The notes under the pieces: model-generated
Told to the model about the DNA's origin: nothing
Database searches by the model: none
What the model saw: only the letters and a program-made list of their open reading frames with translations
Position numbers and translations under genes: made by a program
Source: a bacterium
Lineage (GTDB): Bacteria > Zhuqueibacterota > QNDG01
Assembly: GCA_021158245.1 (NCBI GenBank)
Contig: JAGGVB010000195.1
Location: 265 to 64,264 of the forward strand
DNA: 64,000 nucleotides
Direction of reading: 5' to 3'
Shown: positions 20,714 through 30,376 of the stretch, one piece after another
Layout: the number at the start of each line of letters is the position of its first letter
Position numbering within the stretch: the stretch's first letter is position 1

Positions 20714-21231
20714 TGCTTGAGAACCTTGTTCATATTTTTAAATCTCTTCCGAAAGAAGCTGTTACCGCATTGATTGCAACTCTTCCGATTTTTGAATTAA
20801 GAGGAGCAATACCCTGGGCACTGTCAGCTCCTCCCATAGGAGGAGGGCTTTCATGGCAGAGTGCGTACCTTTTTGCAGTAATAGGAAATTTTATACCTGT
20901 TATTCCGATTCTTCTGCTCCTTGAACCTGTTGCAAAGGTTGTACGGAAGGTTAAGATAGGGGACAGTTTTTTAAACTGGCTTTTTGCAAGAACAAGAAAA
21001 AAGAGCGGAGTTATTGAAAAGTACGAAGCCCTTGGGCTCATAATATTTGTGGGTATTCCTCTTCCTGTTACAGGAGCGTGGACAGGTGCAATAGCGGCAT
21101 TTATTTTTGGGATTCCTCTTAAGTATTCAATCCCGTGCATTATTGCAGGAATTCTTCTTGCAGGGGTTATTGTTACTCTTGCATCTTTGGGAGTTATAAA
21201 TTTTATCGGTGTTATAGGAAACGGGGCGTAG
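20710..21231 (+). CDS. COG2426 'small multi-drug export' family membrane protein
   Basis: LPIFELRGAIP, GNFIPVIPIL, FVGIPLPVTGAWTG motifs. Confidence 0.88.
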   Translation: MMLENLVHIFKSLPKEAVTALIATLPIFELRGAIPWALSAPPIGGGLSWQSAYLFAVIGNFIPVIPILLLLEPVAKVVRKVKIGDSFLNWLFARTRKKSGVIEKYEALGLIIFVGIPLPVTGAWTGAIAAFIFGIPLKYSIPCIIAGILLAGVIVTLASLGVINFIGVIGNGA

Positions 21232-21296
21232 CGCAGCCCGGTTAGCGCGCATGCTTCGGGAGCATGAGGTCGAGAGTTCAAATCTCTCCGCCCCGA
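21222..21296 (+). tRNA. tRNA-Pro (anticodon CGG), CCA not encoded
   Basis: Cloverleaf: acceptor CGGGGCG/CGCCCCG, D stem GCGC/GCGC, anticodon stem CATGC-TTCGGGA-GCATG, T arm GAGAG-TTCAAAT-CTCTC, discriminator A. Confidence 0.97.
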
Positions 21297-23299
21297 CAAA
21301 AGGGGCCGTCTATTAATGTCGGCCCCTTATTTAAGTATTTATCAAACCACATCAGCATACGGTAAAGAACATCAACCCTGTGCTGTTTTTCTCTGAAACC
21401 GTGATTTTCTCTCGGATACCTTACAAAACGGGTTTCAACTCCGTATCTCTTTAACCCCCTGTAAAACTGGCTGCATTGGGCTATGGGGTCAATAACGTCA
21501 TTTTCTCCGCATAAAATCAAGGTGGGTGTTTTAACGTTTTTAACATAAGTTATGGGAGACATGCGGATAAAATCATCGAGATTCTCGTACGGAGTGCCAA
21601 GATACCAGGTGTCATAAGGATTAATACCAGGTGTTTCTGACCCGTATTCAACTGCAAGATCAATAACAGGCGCTCCTGATACTGCTGCTTTAAACATGTT
21701 TGTCTGTGTTACTGCCCAGGCACTCATGTACCCGCCGTAAGACCATCCGCCGATACCCAGCTTTTCTTTGTCTGCAATGCCTTTAGAAACAATATAGTCA
21801 GTTCCTGCAATAACATCCTTAAAATCTATTCCGCCCCAGTCTTTTTTAATTATCGCCATAAAATCGTACCCGTACCCTGAAGATCCCCGGATATTGGGGC
21901 ACAGTACAACAAAACCCTTTTTAGCCAGAACCTGAGCCCAGGAATCAAGCCTTCTTGCAAAACGCCCGGACGGGCCTCCGTGTACATTTATAACAGCAGG
22001 GTAAGAGTCCTCCTGTTTATATCCAACAGGTTTATAAATAGACGCTTCTATCATTTTTCCGTCAAAACTTTTATATTTTATTATTTCAGGTTCAATCAGA
22101 TTTAGCGTATCCCATGCAGCATTAAAACTACTTATTTTTTTGCACGATTTAAAATCCTCGGAAATATAAATCTCGGAAGCTTCTGTAAAATCACTCCCTG
22201 TAAACAGTAATTTGCCGCCTGAATAACAGAAAGACCTTGATGGATTTGTTTGGGGAGTGCCCATTAATTCGGCTTTACCTTTTACGGAAATTTTATAAAA
22301 AGAGTTTGTAAATCCGTTTTGAACGCTTGCAAGGATATGATTGTTGTCAATCCAGACAAAATTATTAACCTGATGGTCAATTTTATTTATTGTAAGATTT
22401 ACAGGGTTGCATTTTTTAAAGCCCGTAATAAAAATATCATATTCATCAAGGCCGTTGTTTCTTGCACCGAGGAAGGCGATTTTTTTTGTGTCAGGAGATA
22501 TTTTTATATTTGAAAAGGGCCTGGGCGGAGTTATTAACAGCTCCATTTTATTTGTTTTAATATCCAGAATGTAAATGTTGTTTGTTAAAAGTTCCGGAAA
22601 GATGTTTTGAGTCGCTGATATTAATAATTTTTCTTTTCCAGGTATCCATCTGTATTCTGAAATACGCCATTTGCCTGTAATTAAATCTGTTGTCTTTTTG
22701 GTTTTGATTTCAAAAAGTTTCAAAACCGATGGAGTTTCGTCATAATCTTCAACAAAAGCATCGTCTTTAGTATCCTTTTTCTTATCTTCCTTTTTACCTG
22801 TAAGAAAAGCAATGTACTTTCCGTCAGAAGATAATTCAAATGAGCGGATGCTGGTCTTGCTTTTTGTCAGCGGTTCTGCTTCTCCGCGGTTTAATGAAAT
22901 CCGGTAAATCTGTCTTTTATCATTACGGTTGGATAAAAACATAAGTTTTTTGCTGTCAGGTGTCCAGCGTGGCCGGTTATCCGATTTATGTGAACCTGTA
23001 AATCTTTCAGCTTTTTTTAAAGATAAATCATAAAGCCAGATATTGGTTTTTGTTTTGAAATCCTTAACAGGCTCGGAAACAGTAAACGCAATAATTTTTC
23101 TGTCAGGGCTAACCTGAAAATCGTAAATTCTTGCGCTTCTTGTTGATTCCACAAAACGTGTAATTTCCTTTTTTAAATTTACTGCCAAAGAGTCTGCTTT
23201 CTGCGGGAATGCAGAATTTGCAGTAAGAAGTACGGAAATGATAAGCAGAATAAAAACAGTTTTTACATTAGGTGTGCAGGGTGATTTTTTCTTTTGCAT
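21278..23299 (-). CDS. S9 family secreted peptidase (acylaminoacyl/dipeptidyl peptidase)
   Basis: Signal peptide, PD40-type propeller repeats, HGGP, GGWSYGG nucleophile, GENDV and YPRENHGF triad residues. Confidence 0.93.
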   Translation of the reverse strand: MQKKKSPCTPNVKTVFILLIISVLLTANSAFPQKADSLAVNLKKEITRFVESTRSARIYDFQVSPDRKIIAFTVSEPVKDFKTKTNIWLYDLSLKKAERFTGSHKSDNRPRWTPDSKKLMFLSNRNDKRQIYRISLNRGEAEPLTKSKTSIRSFELSSDGKYIAFLTGKKEDKKKDTKDDAFVEDYDETPSVLKLFEIKTKKTTDLITGKWRISEYRWIPGKEKLLISATQNIFPELLTNNIYILDIKTNKMELLITPPRPFSNIKISPDTKKIAFLGARNNGLDEYDIFITGFKKCNPVNLTINKIDHQVNNFVWIDNNHILASVQNGFTNSFYKISVKGKAELMGTPQTNPSRSFCYSGGKLLFTGSDFTEASEIYISEDFKSCKKISSFNAAWDTLNLIEPEIIKYKSFDGKMIEASIYKPVGYKQEDSYPAVINVHGGPSGRFARRLDSWAQVLAKKGFVVLCPNIRGSSGYGYDFMAIIKKDWGGIDFKDVIAGTDYIVSKGIADKEKLGIGGWSYGGYMSAWAVTQTNMFKAAVSGAPVIDLAVEYGSETPGINPYDTWYLGTPYENLDDFIRMSPITYVKNVKTPTLILCGENDVIDPIAQCSQFYRGLKRYGVETRFVRYPRENHGFREKQHRVDVLYRMLMWFDKYLNKGPTLIDGPFCRGGEI
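21300..21328. terminator. Bidirectional terminator between tRNA-Pro and the convergent S9 peptidase
   Basis: AAGGGGCCG-N11-CGGCCCCTT with A-run before and T-rich sequence after. Confidence 0.75.
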
Positions 23300-23594
23300 A
23301 ATTAATACCTCCTTTTGGTGTCATGGGAATTGTAAACAGGGAATGCACCTATTCTGCTTTATGTGTTTTTGTTTCTTTTTAATAAATTCCCGGATATCTT
23401 TATGTAATATAAGAAAATTATTTGTATTTTTGTGGAAAAAGATAATGTAAAAATTCCGTTGATCATTGATTATTATATTAAACCTGTTTACTCAGGCCGG
23501 TTCCCTCCTGTCTGAGAATAGTAAGCTCAGTATTAATTAAACGAATTTATTATTTGTTTCAAATGTTTGTGAAGAATAAATAATAAAAAAATAC

Positions 23595-23623
23595 TTGACA
23601 AATCGTATAATTTTAGTTATTAT
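23595..23623 (+). promoter_or_regulatory. sigma70-type promoter
   Basis: TTGACA-17 bp-TATTAT in the intergenic region upstream of ORF 24006. Confidence 0.6.
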
Positions 23624-24005
23624 GAACAATATTATTTATGCATAATGTTTTAAGGTAGACATCTGCAGGTGTGCAGGACTTACCATCAAAGGAAAAGAGG
23701 TAACATTGGCCATAGTAGGCTGTTTTAATGTTAGCTGAAAATATCAGAAGTTTAAGAAATCCCTGACTTCAAATTCAGTTTGAATTAAAATATAGTGAGT
23801 GGTTAAGATAATGATTTTATTTTCATATTGAAGACATATCTTTTTGTAACTTGGGTAGTATCTTCAATAAATACGAAAGTAATATTTATTATTTCTGTTC
23901 CGATCCGGGAATAAAATATGTAAGGTGTTATTACGGCTGTCGGGCAGATTTACAATAAAATAATTTAGTAATGAGAATCGCAGGAATTAATCACAGGAGG
24001 ATTTT

Positions 24006-25178
24006 ATGTTTTATTTCAGCAGGAGTAAAAAAAATCAGTTTGTCCTAAATGTTGTTATTCTTTTACTGTTTATCTGTCTTCCGCTGCTGAATTGTAATTC
24101 CGGCGGTGATGACAAGGCAAAAAATAAAAATCAGACATCTGCGTTTATTCACAATAAAAAAGACGGGTTGTGGAAAAATAAAAAGAAATTAAACTTTGAA
24201 GAAATATTGTCAATCGGGGACGAACAGGGAGATGATAAGCATGCTTTATACATGCCGGTTGCTATTCAGACGGATGAGGATGGCAATATTTACATTTGTG
24301 ACCGCGGCGATCATGCAGTTAAAGTTTATGATAAGCAGGGTAGGTTTCTTTATAATATTGGTCATAAGGGAATGGGGCAGGGTGAGCTGATTAACCCTTA
24401 TTTGATGGCATTGGCAGGAAACAAGCGTTTGATTGTTGTTGACAGGCAGAGAAATGTTAATTCTTTCAGCTTGTCCGGTAAATTTTTAAACAGTTTCAAG
24501 GTAAAAAAAGGCAGGCCGTACAGCCTGTTTTGTGATGCAGGTAAAATATACATGACATTTGCAATTCTACCTTTTCTTCCCACTGAGGATCAATACAAGA
24601 AAATGGTATTTGTGTATAATTTTAAAGGTGAAGTTGTCAATTCGTTTGGAAAGCCCCATCCAATGGGTGAAGCACCGTCCGGAAAACAATTTTCATCGGG
24701 TTTCATTTGCGGAAATAAAAAGAATCTGGTGCTTGCATGTGAGAGCCTTTATAAGATGGAAATATATAGTACTGAAGGACATCTTGAATCTGTTATTGAT
24801 TGTGAGGCGGATTTTTTCCCGCAGCCGGAATTGGTTTCATTGTCCGTACCTGTAAAAATGATTGCCACCAGATCTGAAAGTAAAGCAGTTAACTTATTTC
24901 CTGACGGCAGGATTTTATTGACAATTCTTGACAGGGGAATTTTATACAAAGAGGAATACAAAAAGAGAGTTCAACCGGGTTCTGTTCCCGAGGGTTTGAA
25001 AATACATTACAGTCTGTTTGATGACTATGGACATTTACTGCAGAATTTTGATGATGATATGGAAAAGCATGGTGTCATTATTTACATAGATTCCGAGGGT
25101 CTTGTCTATACAATAAGCAGTCCTTATCAAGTACCTGTGGTCAGAAAATACCGAATATCTTTTATTCCTGTTTCGTAA
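24006..25178 (+). CDS. 6-bladed beta-propeller (NHL-like) lipoprotein
   Basis: Lipobox-like LLNC; EEILSIGD; PVAIQTDEDGNIYICD; IGHKGMGQGEL. Confidence 0.8.
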   Translation: MFYFSRSKKNQFVLNVVILLLFICLPLLNCNSGGDDKAKNKNQTSAFIHNKKDGLWKNKKKLNFEEILSIGDEQGDDKHALYMPVAIQTDEDGNIYICDRGDHAVKVYDKQGRFLYNIGHKGMGQGELINPYLMALAGNKRLIVVDRQRNVNSFSLSGKFLNSFKVKKGRPYSLFCDAGKIYMTFAILPFLPTEDQYKKMVFVYNFKGEVVNSFGKPHPMGEAPSGKQFSSGFICGNKKNLVLACESLYKMEIYSTEGHLESVIDCEADFFPQPELVSLSVPVKMIATRSESKAVNLFPDGRILLTILDRGILYKEEYKKRVQPGSVPEGLKIHYSLFDDYGHLLQNFDDDMEKHGVIIYIDSEGLVYTISSPYQVPVVRKYRISFIPVS

Positions 25179-25288
25179 CAGTACAGCGCTGAGAAATAAT
25201 TATACAGAAATGTTTATTTGTAAGTGTTTGTAAACCAAAATAATGACTTTGTTAATAAATTTAAAAGTGTAAAACTGTTTAAAAAAAC

Positions 25289-25350
25289 TTGTTTTTTTAT
25301 CTTTATTTTTGTACATTGGATGTATATTAAATGTCAGTACAAATAATAAA
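25289..25350 (+). promoter_or_regulatory. Toxin-antitoxin promoter with overlapping palindromic operator
   Basis: TTGTTT-17-TACATT (25289-25317); inverted repeat TTTATTTTTGTAC...GTACAAATAATAAA (25302-25350) covers the -10 box. Confidence 0.6.
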
Positions 25351-25359
25351 GGTGTAATC

Positions 25360-25620
25360 ATGGCAAGAACAGCAGTAATTCAGGCGCGCATTGACCCGGA
25401 AATAAAGAAAAAAGCACAAAATATTTTTTCAGAATTAAACATTACTATGTCCGAAGCAATTTCTTTATTTCTTACTCAGGTTACTTTAAACAGAGGTATC
25501 CCTTTTGATATACGTATTCCCAACAGATTAACTGCAAGGACCCTGAGTGATTCAGAAACAGGAAAAGAGCTGCATCAGGTTTCCGATGTGAATGAGTTGT
25601 TTAAGGAGCTGGATATTTGA
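25360..25620 (+). CDS. dinJ: RelB/DinJ-family antitoxin
   Basis: MARTAVIQARIDPEIKKKA..IF..L.ITMSEAI.LFL.QV...RGIPFDI; ATG 25360 preferred over track start 25309. Confidence 0.88.
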   Translation: MARTAVIQARIDPEIKKKAQNIFSELNITMSEAISLFLTQVTLNRGIPFDIRIPNRLTARTLSDSETGKELHQVSDVNELFKELDI

Positions 25621-25883
25621 ATATTGTCTATACTACTCAGTTCAAAAAAGATTTTAAGAGAATGAAGAAGCAGAATAGGGATCTTGATAAATTAAGATAT
25701 ATTATTGAGGAACTTGTCAGCGGCAGGAAGCTTGATCGGCAATTTCGTGATCATCAATTATCAGGTATGTGGAATGGGCACAGAGACTGCCACATAGAAA
25801 CAGACTGGATTCTGATTTATCGAATATCTTCCGGAACTTTATACTTAGAGCGTACAGGATCACACTCAGACCTTTTTAAATAG
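25617..25883 (+). CDS. yafQ: YafQ-family (RelE superfamily) mRNA interferase toxin
   Basis: YTTQFKKDFK, RDHQLSG.W.GHRDCHI..DWILIY, RTGSHSDLF; overlaps the antitoxin stop. Confidence 0.92.
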   Translation: MNIVYTTQFKKDFKRMKKQNRDLDKLRYIIEELVSGRKLDRQFRDHQLSGMWNGHRDCHIETDWILIYRISSGTLYLERTGSHSDLFK

Positions 25884-25916
25884 TTTATTCAATTTAATTT
25901 CCATTATGGGGGAAAT

Positions 25917-27183
25917 ATGCGAAATCTCCATTATATTATAATGTTTTTGATTATTTTTTCCTGCAGCAGACAAAAGGATCCCAAAACTTTTCGATCCGAT
26001 AATCATAAGGTTATACAAGCCATTGATTGTTATAACTCGTTTAAAGCGCCGGATAATTGGAATGGAAATTTTGGATTTAAAGACAGTGTGCTAGTTGTCC
26101 ACAATCCGGAACAGGGGCTCTATCATGACTCCGACAGATTATTAGTTGATAAAAGGCCTTTTCTGACAATTGATGAAAATTCCGGACACGCGCTTAGTGC
26201 TCAAATGATTCTGTCTGATTTCCAAGGTAACATTTATGTGTTTTATCAAAAAAACAATTCAAATTACAGCATAATTAAAAAATATGATCCGGCCGGCCGT
26301 TTGCTTGCGGATTTAAATGAAGAGAATGGCCTGGAGAAAATCAGTGACTGGTCGTTTTGGGATGTTGATGAAAAAGATAATCTTTTTGTGTGTGAATACG
26401 GTTATTCCGGTTATCCGTTTCTACGGTTCAATAAAAGGGGAAGTTTGACTGTAAAGGAGTTGATACCGTTCAGAAAGAATTTTCTAATGGGATTCTTCTT
26501 AAGAAATAATAATATTTATTTGTTAACTGATGTCAATATCAGAGACAACAGAGTGATTAAAATTAGTAAAGTATCAGAAGATCTGAAATTTACACGGGAA
26601 TTATACACGAAAACATGTAAGCCCTTAATCAAAGTGCCGATTTTTTCAGGTTCATTAACTTCATTTTACAAACCATATTCAAAACTTAAAAATAAATGGG
26701 CAGTTGATTCTGAAGGTTTGCTCTACATTGCAGATACTTCACAATATCAGATATCTGTTTATAATCAGAACGGAGAACTTGTCAAAGTAATTGACAGGCC
26801 TGATTACAAACCCTTAAAGGTCACAGATATAGATAAACAGGTTTATTATGACAGACAGATTCTTCGGACCGCCTTATGGCAGCGGGATTCCTGATAAAAT
26901 AAAGAGGCGGATAATCAAAGAGTATAAATTCCCTGTTTATAAACCCGGGATCAAGAAGATGATTATTGATAATGAAAATCGTATCTGGGTTTTAACATAC
27001 GAAATCAATGATCAGTATTTTTCAGGAGTGGATATTTTTGACAGACAGGGAATTTTTTTACAGCGTGTATGGATGAGTCTTTTCCCTGAATTTGTCAGGG
27101 ATGATAAAATTTACTGTATCTTTGATGACGGATACGGTGATGCTGTGAGTAAAGTGTATGCCTTTGTAAAGAATGTGCAGTAA
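25917..27183 (+). pseudogene. Second 6-bladed beta-propeller lipoprotein, split by a 4-bp duplication
   Basis: Lipobox IFSC; ORFs 25917-26894 and 26848-27183 join into one ~420-aa frame if one ACAG copy at 26851-26858 is removed (YYDR|FFGPP). Confidence 0.75.
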
Positions 27184-27599
27184 TGTATGTTTTAGATGTT
27201 TTTTAGCGCTGAGAAAATTGTTTAATATAATGAAGTTGCTTTTTCAAGAAATTAGGTTCCTCCGAGAAAGAGTTAGAAAAAAATAGTTGACTTTGATCAA
27301 ATTCCTAATTGCAGCTTATCCTATTTCTTCTTGTATCGTAATTTTTTAAAAATAATGACTAAAAAACGCTGGCTGGCTAAAAAATCTTTTCCGACGATCG
27401 AAAATTGCACATTCTTAAACAGACATTTTGTGAAGTGAATAGAAAAAGCCCAAAACAAAAGATTTTAAAATGCATTTCATATATCGGTTTGAAACCGGCC
27501 ACTTAATGCAGATTGAAATAAAACACAGCAATGTTTCAATGGTCGTAACATATTGATAAAAAACAACATAGCTCTTTCATATAATATTTAAATGAAGTT

Positions 27600-27614
27600 T
27601 GGCAAAGATTTTGC
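27600..27614 (+). promoter_or_regulatory. Candidate sigma54 (-24/-12) promoter
   Basis: TGGCAAA-GATT-TTGC matches TGGCAC-N5-TTGC spacing, 62 bp upstream of ATG 27677. Confidence 0.6.
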
Positions 27615-27676
27615 TGTATATCATCTCGAAATGAAGAAACAATGCAGTCTTATATAAAGTTTGTTCGGAGGATAAA

Positions 27677-29095
27677 ATGCAGAGGAAAGTTAGTATTACG
27701 ATATTTGCCGTGATTTTGAGCATGGCAGCAAATATTTTTGCGCAGGAGAAGACAAGTAAACTTCTACCTGACGAAGTAGGCGGTAGCTTTATAGCAACAC
27801 GCCAGGATCAGACAACAAGAAATGCTCCGGGCCCCGGTGCAGGCCCTGGATTCTCCCTGTATGCAAAGTACAACCTGAACCCAAGGATGTTTTTTACAGT
27901 AGGTGCAGGTTATGTTTCTGCAACTGATAATATTATGAGATTTGATAAGGAAAAAGTGTCTCTCTTTCCAATGGCTGAACTGCGGTTCGGTTATAATATA
28001 ATGTCAGGGAAATTTTCACCATATGTAAATGCCGGAATTATGGGATTCAAATCTGTTTATACAGATAAACTCGCAAATACAACCACAAATATGAGATACG
28101 ATCCAGCATTTACTGGCGGGCTTGGTATGAGTTATAAATTGAATAAGCAGTTATCCCTGAATGCAGGTGGAGATATAGCTTATGCATTTATGAGCACTAC
28201 ATCGGGAAATGTTGGAAAACCTATCTTTTGGATGGCAAAAGCTGGCGTAAGTTATGCACTCGGCAAATCAACGAAGAAAGCCAAAGGCGAAGAGATAGAA
28301 TATCCGGTTGACAATAATGAACTTGCAATTGACGATCTGTTTAAAATGAATTCCGATGACAATACTTCAGGAAAGAAAAAATCAACTGTTAAATCTGGTA
28401 ATAAAAGTGAAGATGATGCCCTTGCACTTCTTTTCGGGGAATCCGAACAATCCGGAAGTGATGTAAATGCAGGAACCTCAACAACTAAATCTGCTGATAA
28501 TTACAATAGTTCTGCAGAGACATCAAATTATTCAAGGCCGAGAAATGCAAATGAACTAATTGCACGGGTTGAGCAGCTTCAGGCTGAAATTGACAGGAAC
28601 AGAAGAGAAGTTGATAACCTGAAAAGTAAAGTATCGGAAAATGAGCGCACACTTGCTCAGGTTTCAGGCAAAGTCGCAGGCCAATATGCAGGTATTGAGC
28701 AAAGCTCAGCTGGCAGAGTAAGTGATAACAGTTTTAAATCCAATTATAAACAGGCTTTGCAATACTTCTATAATAGAAATTACAAAGAGACAATCCGAAT
28801 GATGCGCAGCCTGCTTTCTTCAAATCCGGATAACCGGCTTGCAAGTAATTGTCAGTACTGGATTGGCGAGAGCTTAAATGCTATGGGTGATTATCGCAGT
28901 GCGGTTCAGGCATTTAATTCGGTTTTGTCGTACAGAAAGTCATACAAATTTGATGATGCGCTTTTAATGGCAGGCCTCTGCTCTCTAAAACTTGGTGATA
29001 AAAGCACTGCACGGGAAAGATTCCAGAAACTTGTCAGTAAGTATCCGGATAGTGAATACGCACCAAAAGCCATGAGATATCTTGGCAGATTATAA
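27677..29095 (+). CDS. Outer-membrane beta-barrel fused to coiled coil and CpoB/YbgF-like TPR domain
   Basis: Signal peptide; amphipathic beta strands (FSPYVNAG, GGLGMSYKL, AGVSYALG); heptad segment; SNCQYWIGES...DDALLMAG...LVSKYPDSEYA. Confidence 0.75.
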   Translation: MQRKVSITIFAVILSMAANIFAQEKTSKLLPDEVGGSFIATRQDQTTRNAPGPGAGPGFSLYAKYNLNPRMFFTVGAGYVSATDNIMRFDKEKVSLFPMAELRFGYNIMSGKFSPYVNAGIMGFKSVYTDKLANTTTNMRYDPAFTGGLGMSYKLNKQLSLNAGGDIAYAFMSTTSGNVGKPIFWMAKAGVSYALGKSTKKAKGEEIEYPVDNNELAIDDLFKMNSDDNTSGKKKSTVKSGNKSEDDALALLFGESEQSGSDVNAGTSTTKSADNYNSSAETSNYSRPRNANELIARVEQLQAEIDRNRREVDNLKSKVSENERTLAQVSGKVAGQYAGIEQSSAGRVSDNSFKSNYKQALQYFYNRNYKETIRMMRSLLSSNPDNRLASNCQYWIGESLNAMGDYRSAVQAFNSVLSYRKSYKFDDALLMAGLCSLKLGDKSTARERFQKLVSKYPDSEYAPKAMRYLGRL

Positions 29096-29133
29096 GTAAA
29101 CTCCTTCCTCATTTTCATATAAAGAAGTTACAG

Positions 29134-29165
29134 CCCCCTTCTCCGAAATGGAGGAGGGGGTTTTC
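29134..29165 (+). terminator. Intrinsic terminator
   Basis: CCCCCTTCTCC-GAAAT-GGAGGAGGGGG-TTTT. Confidence 0.8.
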
Positions 29166-29312
29166 GTTAGTTTTTTATCAGCGAATTACACGAATTACGC
29201 AAATTAAATATTGACAACTGACATAATATAGTTAAAAGATATCTTGAAATATGCTTTAATTATTAATATCTTAATGAGCAAAATAAAACAAAATTCAAAA
29301 GGAGTTTCGTTC

Positions 29313-29789
29313 ATGAAGATAGGTATAATTTCGGACAGTCATGATAATCTCCCTGCATTAAAAAAGGCTGTAAGCCTTTTTAATGACATAGAAGCTGATC
29401 TTGTAATACATGCAGGAGATTTCATCTCTCCCTTTGTTTCATTGCCTCTTAACGAGCTCGAAATGGATTTTATCGGTGTATTCGGGAACAATGACGGAGA
29501 TAAATTAAATCTTCAGAAAGCATTAAAAAACAGGATTTTTCGTTCACCTCATATTATTGAGGTTGAAGGAAAAAGAATTGCGATCATGCATGAGCCGGAT
29601 TATCTTGAAAGCCTTGAAAAAAGCGGTGATTTCAGCGCTATCATTTACGGACATACTCATGAAGTAGATATAAGAGGAGATAGAACGCTGATAATTAATC
29701 CCGGTGAGTGCGGAGGCTGGATTAATGGAGAGAGAACTATTGCATTGTGGGATACAATAACAAATGATGTAAATATTTTACGAGTTTAA
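29313..29789 (+). CDS. Metallophosphoesterase (YfcE/MJ0936 family)
   Basis: MKIGIISDSHDN, HAGD, GNND, YGHTH, INPGE; ATG 29313 follows GGAG. Confidence 0.92.
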   Translation: MKIGIISDSHDNLPALKKAVSLFNDIEADLVIHAGDFISPFVSLPLNELEMDFIGVFGNNDGDKLNLQKALKNRIFRSPHIIEVEGKRIAIMHEPDYLESLEKSGDFSAIIYGHTHEVDIRGDRTLIINPGECGGWINGERTIALWDTITNDVNILRV

Positions 29790-29815
29790 TGTAACTATTT
29801 TAAAAATATTTCGTC
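29790..29815 (+). promoter_or_regulatory. Candidate ECF-sigma autoregulatory promoter
   Basis: TGTAAC-16 bp-CGTC immediately upstream of the ECF sigma gene. Confidence 0.6.
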
Positions 29816-29830
29816 TCTAAGATTGAGACC

Positions 29831-30376
29831 ATGAAACAGAGAACATATAAAAATATCTTAAAGAGCCATAAGAACAAGGTTTACAGTTACGCCTTCTATT
29901 TTCTGCACAACCACCAGGATGCAGAAGACGTAACTCAGGAAGTATTTATAAAACTCTGGAATAACAGGGAAAGTGTTGAAAGTAAAAGAATAGTTTCGTG
30001 GCTGATGAGAGTGACCCATAATTACTGTATTGATTTAATAAGACAGAAAAAGGATTCGAGAAGCCAGCAGAAGGTACTTCGTACAATAGATTGGGAAATA
30101 ATGGATAAAATGGAAGGAACAGATAAAAATCCGGAATATTCATACGAGAGACGTGAGACAAAGGGCATACTTTTATCTGCAATTCAAACATTGCCTGACA
30201 ATGTCAAGAGCATGATGCTTATGCACTACTTCCAGGGTTTGAAGTATAATGAGATATCCGAAATGCTGGATGTTAATGAAAACACAGTAAAAGTGACTGT
30301 GCACAGGGGGAGAAAAATATTAAGGGAAGTATTAACAGAAAGATTTCCCGAAAGAGCGAGGCAGTACAATGAATGA
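29831..30376 (+). CDS. ECF RNA polymerase sigma factor
   Basis: DAEDVTQEVFIKLW, SWLMRVTHNYCID, region 4 LKYNEISEML..NENTVKV..HRGR. Confidence 0.92.
   Translation: MKQRTYKNILKSHKNKVYSYAFYFLHNHQDAEDVTQEVFIKLWNNRESVESKRIVSWLMRVTHNYCIDLIRQKKDSRSQQKVLRTIDWEIMDKMEGTDKNPEYSYERRETKGILLSAIQTLPDNVKSMMLMHYFQGLKYNEISEMLDVNENTVKVTVHRGRKILREVLTERFPERARQYNE

Noticed and set aside
20730-21299. 189-aa minus-strand ORF starting MSGRRDLNSRPHAPEA
   Set aside because: It is the antisense reading of tRNA-Pro and COG2426
23300-24005. Riboswitch or sRNA in the 700-bp intergenic region
   Set aside because: Only weak short hairpins and no recognisable family motif; an Rfam/Infernal scan would be needed
25170-27260. 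Integron attC cassettes around the TA pair
   Set aside because: No RYYYAAC...GTTRRRY paired ends with a long imperfect palindrome, and no integrase
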